From contig NC_068987.1 in the NCBI RefSeq assembly GCF_001194135.2, positions 28,830,079-28,868,842 of the forward strand: a stretch of DNA of 38,764 nucleotides. Direction: 5' to 3'. The notes under the pieces were generated by a model, which searched no databases, was not told the DNA's origin, and saw only the letters and a program-made list of their open reading frames with translations. This document shows, piece by piece, positions 38,378-38,764 of this stretch. The first letter of the stretch is position 1. Each line of letters opens with the position of its first letter. This stretch comes from Octopus bimaculoides (Eukaryota). The translations under genes were made by a program, and so were the position numbers.

Positions 38378-38499
38378 ATCAAAATAAGCAACAAGGATAT
38401 CCAACGTTAATGCAGTACGATGGTTTCATGCGACTCCATTTATTTAAGCAATGTGGACATTACATCAAATGTAGAATGCAGGGCAATCCTCAGCTGCAC
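38351..38499 (-). mobile_element. Hammerhead-bearing dispersed repeat, second copy, ending in (AT)n
   Basis: Reverse-complement homolog of 427-560 with the same 3' tail and (AT)n terminus. Confidence 0.55.
38410..38499 (-). ncRNA. Type I hammerhead ribozyme (copy 2)
   Basis: Minus strand reads GTGCAG-CTGAGGA-[stem II]-GAAA-C-CATC-GTA-CTGCAT. Core is at 38487-38493, GAAA at 38424-38427 and GTA at 38416-38418. Catalytic residues and stem I are identical to copy 1. Confidence 0.78.
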
Positions 38500-38764
38500 A
38501 AAGATATAGAAATTTACTGAAATTACATTTCAACAGAAGGGCATATTTTTAAAACTACATTTAAACTCTCCAAGTAGAAAGGAAGAATACAAAAAAAAAA
38601 CATTTTGACTTAGCCAGACCATACAGACTAGCGAATAATTCTAAGCAGACTTTTAACTGTCACTGATTTTATTTCTTTTTTTTTTTTGTTTGTTTGTTTC
38701 TGATTTATGGATCATCTTATCAGACTTAGTAATTCGAAGCTTAAGAGGGCCCTAGCATTCTAAG

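Noticed and set aside
38275-38520. Shared peptide MQYD.F..LHL..QC.HYI on the antisense strand of both hammerhead copies
   Set aside because: Most substitutions are non-synonymous and a 2-nt indel breaks the frame between copies. The similarity follows from nucleotide identity.

Overview
AT-rich eukaryotic, repeat-dense non-coding DNA from a gapped assembly (7 N-runs). The SINE, LINE and microsatellite repertoire is most consistent with an octopus/coleoid genome (inferred from repeat families, not verified). No host protein-coding exon could be supported. Nearly all listed ORFs are microsatellite, N-gap or retroelement artefacts. Recognisable content: degenerate non-LTR retrotransposons (three R4/Dong-like RLE elements, one Tx1-like RT, several CR1/L2 and RTE-like remnants), about 14 tRNA-derived SINE copies or fragments in four sequence groups, and many compound microsatellites. 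The most notable observation is a ~120-bp element present twice, at 427-546 (+) and 38376-38499 (-). It folds as a type I hammerhead ribozyme with an intact CUGAGGA/GAAA/GUA core, a near-palindromic 8-nt stem III (dimer-type) and an unusually long, structurally conserved stem II, and it ends in (AT)n. It is probably a Penelope-like terminal repeat or a retrozyme-type element. Other points: a head-to-head SINE pair that could form a ~160-bp dsRNA (candidate ADAR substrate), a 62-nt near-perfect hairpin, and an R4/Dong copy embedded in (TAA)n.
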